Shown in pieces: positions 24,380 through 37,883 of a stretch of DNA of 64,000 bases. The DNA is from Ginglymostoma cirratum. Lineage: Eukaryota. The notes below the pieces were generated by a model. That model saw only the letters and a list, made by a program, of their open reading frames with translations. It was not told where the DNA came from and did no database searches. Each line of letters begins with the position of its first letter. Position 1 is the stretch's first letter. The position numbers were made by a program, and so were the translations under genes. Where the stretch lies: assembly GCA_024137785.1 (NCBI GenBank), contig JAHRHZ010000270.1, positions 7,548,678 to 7,612,677 on the forward strand, written 5' to 3'.

Positions 24380-27050
24380 TGCATTTATACGGTGCGTTTG
24401 AATTAAACTATCAAAAGTGAAACTTGGTCTGATCAAAAGCTGGAACATCGGTTTGTGGGAGTATTTTGGGTGGAATGGAGATTAATTCTCACCATCATGG
24501 AGACGTGGTTACAAGGTGATCAAAGCTTTGCCATAAATAGGGGTTTGTGACTCCTTCAGGTACACCAGCATCCATTCTTCCTTATCCTAGTTAGTCAGAA
24601 GGAATAAATGTAATAGCAAAAAATGATTTTGGATCGAAAGAAAGAATCCATAAGGGTGGAGGTAAGAAACAACAAAGGGAGGCGAACACTATTGGCAGTG
24701 ATCTTTAGTCCTCCTAACAAGTTCTGTCTCGTAGCCACTCCCATGAGATGATGAGCACATTTTTTGTTTTCCTTTTGGAGGGGAGTTAAGGCAATATATT
24801 ACTCATGGGTGACTTAATCTTTCTGTATTCTTGGAATATCGAATTGATAGAGGTAGCCAAGAGGAAAAAAATTCTGGAGCGTATTTGGGACAGTTTCCTC
24901 GAACAATATGTTGTGGGTCCAATAGAGTAAAACGTCTCCTAGGTCACAGTGACTGTAATGTTAGAATCTAACAGTTGATTTTGAGATTGAGAAGCTTGGC
25001 CTGGAAACAACTGTGTTAAACTTAATTAGGGTAATCTCAAATGAGGGCAGTGTTGGCTGGAGTGGACTGGGATAGGGTGTGATGAGCAATGGCAAACTTT
25101 CTTAAAAATAAATCATGACTCAAGATATATCTGATGAAGGGGGGAGAAAACTAACCATGGTTAACCCAAGGAAGTTGATTTCAAATTTAAGAAGAAAAAC
25201 ACAAAATAGCAAAGATTAGTGGTAGGACAGAGGATTGGAAAAATTTTGAATATCGACAAAAATTTATTCTAAACCGAATGAAAGTGGAGAAAGAAAACAT
25301 TTTGAGGTGAGCTAGCAGATGATGTCGAAATAGGCAGGAGGTTTAAATTTAAGCAAAGTGGCCCAAGTGAGTGTAAACCCTTTTGAAGCTGGGGATTTAA
25401 ATGGAGAAACCAGGTAATGGCTGAGGAGTTGTCGAATACTTTGCATTGTCTTCATGGTAAAACACTCTAATAGTGTGCCAAAAATCCCAAGTCAAGGGGC
25501 AAGAGGAAAAACAAATGTAACTAATAATGAGTTTTTCTCCAATGAAGTTAAAACCTGACAAGTCCCCAGAAATGAGTTACATCTTGGGATATCAAAAGTA
25601 GTAGCTGCAGAATGTGTGGATGCACTGATTATAATCTTTTAAGAGAAAAGTGACAGTTTTCCTGTCTCCTGGCAATGTAACACCCTTATCCTAAAAAGGA
25701 AAGAGACAAAAGGCTAACAATAGACTATTCTTTTTGCTTAACATTGGAAAATGTTGAGTCCATTGTGAAGGATGTAATAGAGCATTTAGACAGAGCTAAT
25801 ATAATCGAGCAGAGTCAGCATGGTTTCATGAAGGGGACTCATGCCTAACAAATGTATCAGAATCCATTTTGAGGGAATGTCAAGCAGAATGATAGGAAAG
25901 CTGTAGTTGTAATATTTGGATTTCCAAGAGGAGTTTAGTGAGCTACTTCAGGTTACTTGAGGTGTTAAGGTAGTATATTGGCATGGAAGGAGGATTGGCT
26001 AACTAATAGACAGTTGGAATGGGATTGCATTTTTGGGGTGGTAACCTGTAACTAGTGTATCCCTGCTGGTGATGCAGTTAATTAATATATACATTAATGA
26101 TTTGAATGATGGAAGTGAATGTGCTGTTGTATCTCATCTGCAAACTTGACATTGGGAGAGTGAAGTGGTGAGGACACAGGGAGATAGACAGTGAATTGGC
26201 AAAAAAAAAATACTTGGCAGATGATACACTATGAAGAAATGAGGTTCTGCACTTTGGTTGGAAGAATAGGGGAGCTAAATATTTAAAGGCCATATCAGAG
26301 TTTGGGGGTCTTTGTGCATAGATTACAAGCTTGCACCCAAATTCAGTGGGTGGTAGGAAAGGCAAAGGGAATGGCTTTAAAAAAAAGGTAAAAATAAGGA
26401 AGTCGTGCTAAAGCTATACAAGGCACTGGCCAAATCACAGCTGGAATATTGTGAACAGTTTTGGACCCCTAGCTAATGTGTATACACACTAACGTTGGGG
26501 ACAGTAGGGAGAAAGTTTGAAGTTGATCCTCGGTACGGAAATATTGCCTTGTAAGGAGAAGTTGAGTTAGCTTTGCTTGAACTCAGTGGAATTAAGCTTG
26601 AGGTAATCTTCTTGAACCATACGAGATTATTGAGGGGGCCTGACAGGATAAATGTAGAGATGATATTTGCCCTTGTGGGAGTGTCTCAGATTAGGGAACA
26701 ATCTCTGAATAAGATGCTTAAAACTGATCAGGATTTTTTTTTCTTGGTTGTGACTCTGTGAAGTTCTTTATCTGACACAACTGTCAGAACTGGGCATTTT
26801 AAATATATTCAAGGCTGAGATTTTTAACTTGTTTGGGTTTTTTAAGGTTATGGAGGAAAAGGCTGGAAAGTGGAGCTGCAAATTCTCCGATAACAAGGTG
26901 TAGAGCTGGTTGAACACAGGCCGAGCAGGAAAGCTGATGCTTTGGGCCTAGACCCTTCTTCAGAATTGCAAATTCTCAGATCGGTTGTGATCTCATTGAA
27001 TTGCAGTGTGGACTTGATAGATTGAATGGCCTAATTCCGTTCCAGTGTCT
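24380..27050 (+). mobile_element. Degraded long CR1 LINE (ORF2 EN to RT to 3' tail) in intron 1
   Basis: Remnants of NVTPL.KKG (about 25675), QHGFMKG (about 25816) and LYKAL...LEYCEQFW (about 26413), plus a CR1-type tail GAATGGCCTAATTCCGTTCC. Confidence 0.8.
26888..26966 (-). mobile_element. Short Penelope-derived insertion with an 11-bp TSD, nested in the CR1 tail
   Basis: TGCAAATTCTC is duplicated at 26877-26887 and 26967-26977. The insert matches the Penelope terminus and carries a decayed hammerhead (minus strand CTGAAGAAGGGTCTAGGCCCAAAGCATC). Confidence 0.8.
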
Positions 27051-27295
27051 CGTGGAAGTGAGGGCTTGGGAAAATGAGTTCCAAAATTTAGGATGTCAGC
27101 AGCTGATAGCTCAGCTGTGAATAAAAGGCAGGATTAGAGAAGCCAGAAGTGGAGAAATGCAAACATTTGAAAATGTTATTGGCTGTGAGGCAGCTATGCA
27201 GATAGGAATGGATGAGATGAATGAAGAATATGCAAACAGAACTGAGTAAGTTGAGCGTTAAATGGTGCTGTACCATTCCGAGATGATGAAATCAG

Positions 27296-28120
27296 TTTTT
27301 ATTCACTTTGTGGCATGTAGGTGTTGCTGGCCAGCCAGCATTTATTGCCTGTCCCTAGTTGCCTGAGAAGTTGGTGAGCTGTCCTGTTGACCTACTGCAG
27401 TCTACCTGCTGTGGGTTGACCCACAATGCCATTAGGCAGGGAATTCCAGGATTTTGACCCAGCAACTGTGAAGGAACAGCAATATATTTCAAAGTCAGGA
27501 TGGTGAGTGGCTTGGAGGGGAACTTTGTAGGTGGTGTTGCCCTTGTCCATCCTTCCAGATGGAAGTAGAAGTAGCCGTGGGTTTGGAAGGTGCTGTGTGG
27601 TGACCTTCAGTGAATTTCTGCACTGCATCTTGTACACAATGCTACTGAGTGGTGATAAGAGGGACTGGATGCTTGTGGATGTAGTGTTAATCAAGTGAGC
27701 TGCTTTGTCGTGGATGATATCAAGCTTCTTGAATATTGTTGGGGCTGCACTGTTTCCGTGCATGCGCACACCGCTTTCTCTCTCCTCTCCCTCTCCCCCT
27801 CTCTTCCCCCCCCAATGTAAGCGGGGTGTATGCCATCACACTGCTGACTCGTGCCTTGTAGATGGTGGACAGTCTTTGGGGAGTCAGGAGGTGAGTTACT
27901 CACCACAGTATTCCTAGCCTCTTGATGTCACTCTGGTGAGTCTGGTTGAGTTTTGCCACTAATACCATACCCCCACCCCACCCCACCCCACCCCACCTGG
28001 CTCATGGGGGATTTAGTGGTGATAACACAATTGAATGTTAAGGGGCACCGGTTAGATGGTCTCTTATTAGTGATGGTCACAGCCTGGCATTCGTGTGATG
28101 TGAATGTTACTTCTCAATGT
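27296..28120 (-). mobile_element. L2/CR1-group LINE of a second family, ORF2 C-terminus and 3' tail
   Basis: Minus ORF 27392-27769 (AAPTIFKKLDIIHDKAAHLI... SKSWNSLPNGIV). The tail GGCAATAAATGCTGGC is shared with 63910-63930 and 30460-30480. Confidence 0.7.
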
Positions 28121-28278
28121 CTTTGCCTTAAGACTTGATTCAGTGTGAATTTTAGCAGGAACTGATTTGGCAAAGCTGTTAAGTTTGTCTTTGATACAAT
28201 CAGGCTGAATTTGCATTGTGTACTTGAATTGAGGTACTCTCCCTGATAATATCATTTCAAACAAGCAAATTAGCAGTA

Positions 28279-28392
28279 AGAAAGGTCCTGACCCGAAATG
28301 TCAGCATTCCTGCTCCTCTGCTGCCTGGCCTGCTGTGTTCCTCCAGTCCTCACTGTTATCTGACTCTAGCATCAGCAGTTCTTACTGTCTGA
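28279..28392 (+). mobile_element. Penelope-like terminal fragment with a decayed hammerhead
   Basis: GACCCGAAATGTCAGCATTCCTGCTCCTCTGCTGCCTGGCCTGCTGTGTTCCTCCAG matches 60914-60975. Confidence 0.75.
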
Positions 28393-29902
28393 GTAACTGT
28401 AAAAATTTGTATTTATTTTTAGTGAACGGAATAAAGTAATCCTACTCAAGCTGACCAATTACAAATTAAATGTGAAGATTGGTGCTTGTCTAATGACCCT
28501 TTTGCCCCCTAAAGCAAAATTAGGGATAGCATTCCAACTTTACAATTCTCAACAGTATGGCAATGCCTTACTGATCTCTCTAGTACGGTACTAATTTTTG
28601 TACATTTCATTAGTCTTCATCTATTTTCAAGACTGTGTGTATTCTGCCTATTCAGTGACTTATTTGCTGGAAGACTATGCGAGTTTGAAAATGTTTTTAA
28701 AAAAGAAAGACAATGTATATGATTGTGGTGCAGCTTGGTTGACCTAAAAACTGTTTTTGCTTTCATAATTGCTTTCAAAATGAGAAATTGGCATGCTGTA
28801 TCCAGGGACAGTTGAACCCTCAGGTATGGATTTTTTTGTGCTGATTGCAGAAACACTGGCAAATGCCTGTTAACTTTTTTTGCTGTTGTACCTGTCACTT
28901 GAACTATAACTTCAGGTGCTTTTCAGGAATTTTGCTGTTTCAAAGTACTATTGTTTTGTCCATGATGGAAACAGAACCTAATTTAGAATTTCAATTACTT
29001 TTTGCAGTACTAATTTTAAGACTTTTCACAGGTCACTTCACTCCTAGCCTTACGTGAAATGAGGCTATTCCATCCCTTGAGACTGCTTCCTCTTCAGTAA
29101 GGTCGAGATCGGTCTTCTGCCCACTTTCCCCATGGCTGCACTATGCCCATGTTTCTTAATTTTGTTTTTTGTATCTGATAATCTATGGACCCCTCTGTCT
29201 CTTTTGTATGTACTCAGTAACAGTAAGTGCAGGGTTTTGTGGCATAATGATAGCATTTTTTACTTATAAAGCACACAAGGGGTTCAAGTCCTGACTGTTT
29301 CTAGGAAGGGAATTCCAGGCAACGTTAAAAATAACTTAAGCTGTCTGGTGAATATGACCTTTCAAAATTCCGATCCTTTTGAGTGAAGAAATTATTCCTC
29401 CTCTTGATCCTTCTTAAATTGTGACCTTTTTGGTTTTAAGATCTCCATTCAGGGAGATGTTCTTGCAACATCAATCTGGCCAAATAGTCAGTGATACGGC
29501 ATGGAAACAGAACTTTTGGTCCAACCAATGCCTTAATTTTCTTGTAATATAACATCGAAATTCGGAATGGACATTGAATGCTGGCCTAGCCAGCCACACC
29601 TGCATTGTGTGTAGAATTTTTAAAAATTATAAAAAACATAATTTACTCTATTTTGATCTATCCACTCACTTCTTGCTTAGGATGGATTTTAAAATCATCC
29701 TGTCCTTGGGCTTGTCTCCTTTTTAGTGATGTCATTTTCTTCCTTTTTTGGCTTTTAACTTTTGTTGGGGAATATGGCCTTTTTGTGGCTGTTTTTCTTT
29801 TATTGTAATATAATAAATGAGTTTTAGATGAGCAGCATATCAATGAAATTTCACCATCTTACCCCTCCCATGCCTCCATAGCTTGCTTTCATCAAATGAG
29901 AT

Positions 29903-30295
29903 GTTAAGAGGGGAGATCTAATAGAAACTTGCAAGATAATGCATGGCTTAGAAAGGGTGGACGCTGGGAAGTTGTTTCCGTTAGGTGGGGAGACTAGGGC
30001 CCATGGGCACACCCTTAGAATTAGAGGGGGTCAACTTAGAACGGAAATGAGGAGACGTTTCTTCAGCCAGAGAGTGGTGGGCCTGTGGAATTCATTGCCA
30101 CAGAGTGCAGTGGAGGCCGGGACGTTAAATGTCTTCAAGGCAGAGATTGATAAATTCTTGATCTCGTAAGGAATCAAGGGCTACGGGGAGAGTGCGGGTA
30201 AGTGGAGTTGAAATGCCCATCAGCCATGATTAAATGGCAGAGTGGACTCGATGGGCCGAGTGGCCTTACTTCCACTCGTATGTCTTATGGTCTAA
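29903..30295 (+). mobile_element. Young CR1 LINE 3' end
   Basis: ORF ...RRFFSQRVVGLWNSLPQSAVEAGTLNVFKAEIDKFL* followed by a tail ending TGTCTTATGGTCT; CpGs are retained. Confidence 0.9.
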
Positions 30296-30427
30296 GATCA
30301 GATTGCCATATTACCCTTGTTATGAGCACTTTTTTAAGTACCCTGGTATTAGAGCTACTGTTAGATGAGAAACTTATGGGGTTCCCTATGTTGTGCCCTT
30401 TTGGTTCTTGGTTCCAGTCCAATTAGT

Positions 30428-30600
30428 TCTATTTATTCATGGAATGAAGGTGTTGTTGGTTAGGCCAGCATATATTGCCCATTCTTTAGCTGTCAGAGTA
30501 GTTAACAAAAGTTCTGTGGGTCTGGAGTCACTTGAGGCTAGACCAGGTAAGGATGGCAATTTCCTTTCCCAAAGGGTGTTAGTGAACCAAACAATGGCTA
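30428..30600 (-). mobile_element. LINE 3' tail fragment (same family as 27296-28120)
   Basis: TTTATTCAT...GGCCAGCATATATTGCCCAT. Confidence 0.55.
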
Positions 30601-31767
30601 ATTCAACTATAAAGTTTGTTTCTTTATGCCATTCTTCTTCTTTATTGTAGCATCCTTTTATAGTAAGACCTTAACACCATTTACCACCCCCCCCCCTCAG
30701 ATTTATTTCTGTAAATCCATTATCCTGGAATACTTAATTCCCAACTTTATTCCCTGTAACATGCCCTCTGACTAATACGTTAAACACATTGTTCTGTAAA
30801 ATAGCTTATTCTGTTACAGGTATGTCAATTTAGTGTGTTTGGATTTTTGAATATTTATCTCAACCTCTTCACCTTGGGTTAATGAGTTTTTACATGGGTT
30901 CATCTGCGTTGGGATATACAAATTATTCATCGAATGTGGATTACTGCCATTTTACTCGTAGCTGATCAGTTTGACCAACTATTTGCCTGTGGTGGTAATT
31001 GGTTTAAAAATAAACCTGGTAGAATTGAGTTCTGATGACTACTCAATTTGTTTCATAACAGGTCAATCAATCAGGGTCATTACTTGAAGTAGAGCCTCAG
31101 ATAGTGGTGTGTTAATTGTTCCACACCAGTAACATTCTACTTGCAGGTTTTTAGGTGGAATTAGTTAAAGAACATTTTGAGGGATAAAGAATCATTGCAT
31201 TTCAGTTCATTTTTGGGATGTGAGCATGTTCTAAAGGCTGCTGTAGTTGAGAGTAAGGTTAATGTTGGAGGATTTGGTGTAATGTCACTAGATGTTACAG
31301 GGAGATGGTTAGGTTTATTGAAATGGTCAGTCCCACTTAACCTGAGCAACACTCCTGTGCTTGCAGGCAAAATGTGCTTAATTATCTGGGAAATTTAATC
31401 TGTGCTGGGGGTATAAATCTTAAGTTACCTCACCTGACCTAATGTGATGGATGGTCATTAGAGCAGCTGAAATTCATTAAACCTAGGATGCTGCTTGAGG
31501 GCTATTGTAGCCAGGTCACAGTTGAGGCATATCCCCAAGTATGACCATCTTGTATGATTACAGGTACTTTGAGGGTTTTCTTCCTGTTCTCCATTAATTT
31601 CTGTTTCACAGGATTAGAAATTGAATTGCCTGCCTTTAAATCAAGGGCAGCCACTCTTGAAGCCTGAAATTCAGCATTGCATGTTTAGACCAAGGTGAGA
31701 CTGGAGTTGTGGTCCTGTCATAAACTAGAAAGAAAGTCACCAGTATAAGTGACAGTTGAAGAACACT

Positions 31768-31853
31768 AATGATGCTGCTTGACCTGCTGTGTTCATCCAG
31801 CCCCATGCTTGTTATCTCAGATTCTCCAGCATCTGCAGTACCTTTTATCTCTG
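31768..31853 (+). mobile_element. Penelope-like terminal fragment
   Basis: Nearly identical to 79-163. Confidence 0.85.
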
Positions 31854-34800
31854 ACTACTTATGACTACTTCTGTTACTTGTTGATGCAGTGTGTGGTAAA
31901 GTGCTGAGATTTGCCAGGATAGATTTGTCCTGTTTGTAGTCAGGGTGTGCTGGGCAATTTTCCACATTTGTGTAAATTCCAGTTTAATGGAACAATTGGA
32001 CTCAGCTGTTCTAGTGTATAATTACTCCAGCTGGCAATTGTTGGGATGTCTAGTTTTCATGGCCAATGCATGGTATATTTCACAATACTGTTGATATGTT
32101 GAGGTGGTTTGAAATATGGTAAAGGATCTAAAGTACAACATCCTGGTGAAAGGCTACTGGGGTCCCTGCACTGGTAGTGGATTCAATTTGAGTCTTGTTT
32201 TTGGACATGAATAGTACATTAATCTCATGAAGTGTTCCATCTAAGGCAAGTTATTGAACTGACCATCCTTGGTTCTGTGTTTTAGTTAAAAAAATGTGGT
32301 GACTTGGGCAGTTACCATCTATCTTTTGAAAGTACACTAGCAAAAAAGGCTAAAATTTTAGCTTTTTTCCCTTTTAAGGAAATCGGTTCCTTTTTAGGTT
32401 AGGCTTCCAAACTATATGCACTGTCAGAAGAATGCGTTTAATTTGGGCTTTGTAGGGTATTTTATTTTGACCAGCTGTATTATTATGGGGGGTTTATTCT
32501 GTAGCTGCTGTCTTAAATCAAAACTGTGCTGCTGGAGCAGTTCGATAGGAAGAAGCTGCTAAAATAAACATCAAGCTTAATTTTTGTATCTCAATCATTC
32601 TGACATAGATTTTGTAGCCACTATCCTAGAAATGTCAAGAATGGTTGCTGGGCCCTTTAACAAACCTAAATGCTCTAGAAACTTCTGTCTAGTGACAGGC
32701 AGAGTTAACACTTCGCACATTAGACAGTTTCTCCAGTATTTTTTCAGATTTCCCACACGTGATTATTCACTTTTATTTGACCAAAAACTTCTCTCCATTC
32801 AGCTAACTTGGTCTAATCATCTTATCTATCTTGCGTCTCATGCCTGTTACTTTTCTAATATAGCTGTGGGACAAGATATGATTGTATTAAAATAGATTTT
32901 TTGTATTAAAAGCTTGTGCTAAATCAAAGACATGTTTTGATACTGTAACATTTAAAATATTCCATTTTTAGTTTATATTCAATTCGACAGCTTTAACTGT
33001 GGGTTTACCACACTTAGCTTTTTGACTTTTCGCGTTATCCAGCCCATTTGAGCAAGCTTGCATTGGTTTGATTCTTGAAATGTGTCCAGTGCATTTTTTT
33101 TTTAGATGCCTTACTTACTATAACCAAAGGTAAGCATAATTTGATTAGCATAAGCGCGCATTTTCAATTTTCAATCATAGTAAAGTGAACATTTTAGAGA
33201 ATATTCACTTTTGTTTGTTTGGAATTCTACTGTTTTTTTGCCTTAAGTTGAAAGCAAAGGTCAGGGCTCTATTGACTCGAGTTGAGTATTTTGCTTTTTC
33301 TTGACCACCTACTGCTTGTTGTGGCTGGGCTTTTAAATTTGAAGCTGGTCAAAACAAGTTGCATTTCTCCTTTTCCATCCTTTCACCGAAACCCACTCCA
33401 AGTGAAGCACTTAGTTCTGTATTCTTTGACAAAAATAACTAATGAAGTTTCAAGATATTGAATGATGGGGGTGATAGAAGTATTTATTTGTAGATTAGTG
33501 AAATGCTGAGTAATGGATATATTAGGACTAGCTATCATGGCTCGGACATTTCTTTAGCAAAGATCAGTCCCATTCTCTCCAGGATTTAACTTTATGGCTG
33601 TAGGCACAATGCAATTGATGCCAAAGTTTAATTCAAATTTGCCTGAATGTGAGCCAGATAGTGTCAAAAATAAACAAAGTTGAATTTGTACAAATAAGAA
33701 CCTTGTCCTAATTTAGATTGCTGAATTGTCTTGCCAGACTTGCCAAATAATTTTGATTAACTGGCATAGATAAAGTGTAATCAAGTGCCATTTAATTTGT
33801 GGACATATCTCCATTGTAAGACTGTACACACCTTCTGGTTTTAAGAGAAACTTGCATTGTTGAATCCTAGATTAGTGTAATAAGGGTATGATATTATGTT
33901 TTGTGGAGGGTGGACTTTTGTCTGTCAAGACCAATACCTCCTTTCTCAACAAACTTGTACAGTGGCTTAATTTGTCTACTTGTATTGCATTATGACTTTT
34001 TTCAAGAGATTGGTGTTTTTGAGCAACCTGTGAGCGTTGTATCAATTCTTCCAAAAAGGGGAAAGAAGGCAATTTTGAGAAGGTTTCTTGTTACTTCTAA
34101 TAATTGTTCTCCAGTGCGAGCACTTTGAAATTGAATGAGTTGTAAAGTTGCTTTTGTTAACATTTTAAATTGCATAACTTAAACCTGAAGTATGGAATCT
34201 TTGGCATTATTGATTTTAAATCTACGTAGAACTGGTCATTTTAGTCCTTGACACTGAGCAGTATCTGAATAAGAATGTTGATGTTCTGCACAGTCTAAAA
34301 TGAATTATTGGTTTTCAGCATGGTTTGTAGCACTGCTTCAAAGTCCTCACGTTTTGACTTTTATTCATTGCAATTGATCCTGACATTGCACTGAAATTAT
34401 TCATTGAAATTATTCATTCATATTATAGATGTTTGTCTCCTTGGAACCTCTGTGTGCTTATATGTGCTAATTGAAAGGATGACAACTCTCATACTGGTTT
34501 GGAAATAATGGGCATCCTTTTATAACAGAAAATTGTGACTGAGGTAGTCAGCTAAGACTGCATAGCTATCCATAAAAGACTTCTGGGTTTAAGCAGGAGG
34601 GGAGTTGTGGCACATGCTGCGTTCAGAGCAAAGTACTTTTGTCTTTACAGCCTTTTGGGTTGGTTGCGGGGATTTCAAGAGCATGATTAGATGTTTTTGA
34701 TTTTTGTTTTCTTGAAATAGGTGAGTAGAAGTGTGGTTTTGGAAATTCTGTTGAAACTGCAACAAGTGCAAAACAGCTGCTTGCAGTCTGATTTTTATTT

Positions 34801-37029
34801 TCATTAGAGGTGCAACATTACAGCTAAACCAGGTGAGGTGGTTTTGGGGAGGAGGGAACTGACATGGCTCAGTATGTGTTTTATAATGGGAGTAATCTCA
34901 CATTTAGGTTTTTTTAAAGGAGTGGAGCCAAGAAATTGCATGGGTTAAGAAGGAAGAGGTGTACATGAGAGAAGTCTGAAGAAGATCACAATGTGTAGGA
35001 ATGTTGTGACCAGGATTTAAGATTTCAGATGTTTATGGTGCCAATCACTTGACTAGAGATGGATTAATTTGATCAGAATAAGGGGAAAGTAAAACTTGTC
35101 TTATGTCTTGAGTACAAGCATATGTCTTCTAATATTTGAGATTCTGCAGTATTGTCCAGAAAATGCAAGCAAAGTACTCCAACAAATTATATACAAGTCA
35201 ATTGTAGCTAATTGCATTAATGATTATTTAATTGCATGGCAAGATGATGAGACTAAAACAGAATATGGGTGTAGCAGTGTGCTTCAACTTCACCAGTCAG
35301 GTGTTTAACACTTACCTGCTGTACAATATTTTCTTTCTAACGTTGGGGCATGTAGTTAAAATAGTGTCTCTGTAGCAGTCTCAGTGAGGAAATGGTTCTG
35401 GATGGTTAATTGGGAAATTGACAAGGACGTTATTTGGATTTTTCTGCCCTATTCCTGACAGTTTTTAAATTCCTCAAGCCAAGTCTCCTTTTTCAGCTCT
35501 AGCCAGGAACATAAATGTATAAAGGACCCTGAGCAGCATGTTTTAAAGTGCATTTTAATGCTTGCATTATTGTGAATGTAGTGGACAAGAATTTTCTTCA
35601 TTCACTAAATAATTCATTTCAGGGCTAGCAGTCAAACTTATCAACACTGTCAATATCATGGCCATTGAACAATTGCAAATTGCTAGAATTGCTTTTAAGC
35701 CCTGCAGGCAAATGTAATGCTGGTGGTAACTTTTAGGACTAATAACCCCTCAACTGAAATCAGTGGCTAGTGGAGCAAAAGCTCAGTAACTAACTCCTGT
35801 GCAGATTATGTGGAGAAATGTTTCCTGCTGGGTGTGAAAATAAATTGCATTACAAGTTTTTAGTTTTTGGAAATCTAGTGGTGCTGACATCTAATCAATA
35901 AAATTATCAACCTGTAGAATGTGTTTACTGGCACTTCAGGATGGATAATTAAATCAAACTCACTAGTTGAATTAGCCTGGTATTTCTGTTCTGTATGACT
36001 GTTGCATTCAGGTCCGCCTGTCCCATCTGAGGCATTGTTTAAAGTGTGGCATTGGTTGCCATGGGTCATAAATCGCTCTAATAAATTTGTAAGTGGCAAT
36101 TTTTAATATTGCCCCAATATTCCAATTCAAAATTCTCTGTCTTTGGGAGTTCTTATTGTCTTTCTCATTTCTCAAGATTGCTTCCTCACTCCATCCCACT
36201 TCCCCCAAACTTTTAATAACGTTTGCTTTCCTGACTTTGGAGTCGGGATTTTCAACTGGTATTTGTTCTCCCCTGCTCGCCAAAGAAAAAGGCTTGATGC
36301 ATGCGATTGGGTGGAGCTAGTAGTCAGATTTCTCCTTGGTTGAATCTTCTGGGATGGAACTTCATAACCAGGAGTGCCAAAGTAATTTGAGATTCTCCTT
36401 AGCTGCAGGTGCAATACTATACTAGCTGTGTGTGAGGGAGTAGAGAGGGATTAAAACCTTGCTACTGACTTTATGCAATGCATGTAGCCATTGATTCTTG
36501 GCTGGATGAATGTTATGAACTGCACTGCAGTCAATCCAAAGTTTGTATTTTGTTCTATAGTAAGCTTTTCATGTAACTAATTTTGGAATAATTTAGGAAA
36601 TGGGCAGAAACAAATGGTTTACAAATTGATTTTGTTACAAGATTTAATCTGATCTAAGCAAATTGATCATCTGCAGATATTGGGTTTTAAACATGTTGAT
36701 CTTTAAATGGATGGAATTAGTTCAAAGGTTCAGTCTAAACAAAATAGTGCATACTTTTGGAAGGTGGATTGGAATCTACAAAAGTTCACTTTTGTAGGGG
36801 AAGCAGGAGTGTCCAGTATGGAGATAGAAGTAAGTTTGGCATCTTGAAATTATGACAAAGTCAGGAGCTTTAATCTCTTATCAGATTGTAAATCTATGTT
36901 TGACACTTCCTGTGCAAGTTGGAAATTCTGGTTGCAAATTCCAATGTACGATCTTGATACAAGCTGTTATATAAAGGTAATGCAGCCCCTATAGTAGACT
37001 GTTTGGTCACATGAGTCTGTTTTGTCATT

Positions 37030-37600
37030 TGGCAAGATTTTGTGATTGATCTGATTGTGGCCTCAACTTTACTTTCCTTCCTGCCACTCTGGGCTGTGAC
37101 CCTTGATTCACTTAACAGAAATCTAACTCTGCCTTGAAACAGTGTAACTCCTTCCACTGTACTTGCAGAGTGAGGGTTTCCAAAGATTCAGGACCCTTGG
37201 GGAAATTATCCAATTCTCAGCTACAGATCTTCTATATTAAAACTGTTCCCTATTTCTAGATTTCCTCAGTGAATACTGTCAAGCTTGACAATCCTTGTTT
37301 TAAACAATATAGCCTTTTCATTCCTGTAAACTCCGATGACCCAGTCTCTTCAGTTTTCTTAAGATGCCCCCTTTCATTTCAGGAATCAACCTTCTCTGAG
37401 CTGCCTTCTTGTATTGTCCTTAAGGAAGGAGATAAACTCTATTTGTGAATCTGCACAATATTCACTAATTTCTTGTAGAGTTGTAGTAAGACTTTGCTCA
37501 TACTCAATTTTTTCCTTCCATTTGGCTTCCTCACTACTTGCTGTACCTGCATGTTAACTTAATTGTATGTGCAAGGACAGAGATCCCTCTGAACTGCAAT
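37030..37600 (-). mobile_element. Highly degraded CR1 3' fragment
   Basis: Weak reverse-complement similarity to CR1 tails elsewhere in the window. Confidence 0.4.
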
Positions 37601-37883
37601 GTTCTCCTGTCTGTTTAAATCTACATTTATTCTTCCTGCTGAATTTTTTTGCCCACTCATTTTGGGTTTGAAAATGCACTGTATAATTTGGTTGCATCCA
37701 AGTTAGGTATTCTTTGGTATTTTTATACTTCAATCCCCTTGCCACATGAACTGAAGTTTGCTTTGAAATTTGTACTTTGCAGATGTTTCCAAAATTAGAA
37801 TTTGTTGACTGCTCAAATACTTTCTACGTAACATCTAGTAAACCCTAAAACTTCCTCCTTGGGCTGAACAGTGAGTTTTTATG

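Noticed and set aside
32342-33211. Short AT-rich hairpins (32342-32368 and 33182-33211)
   Set aside because: Too short and low in complexity for a pre-miRNA or terminator call.
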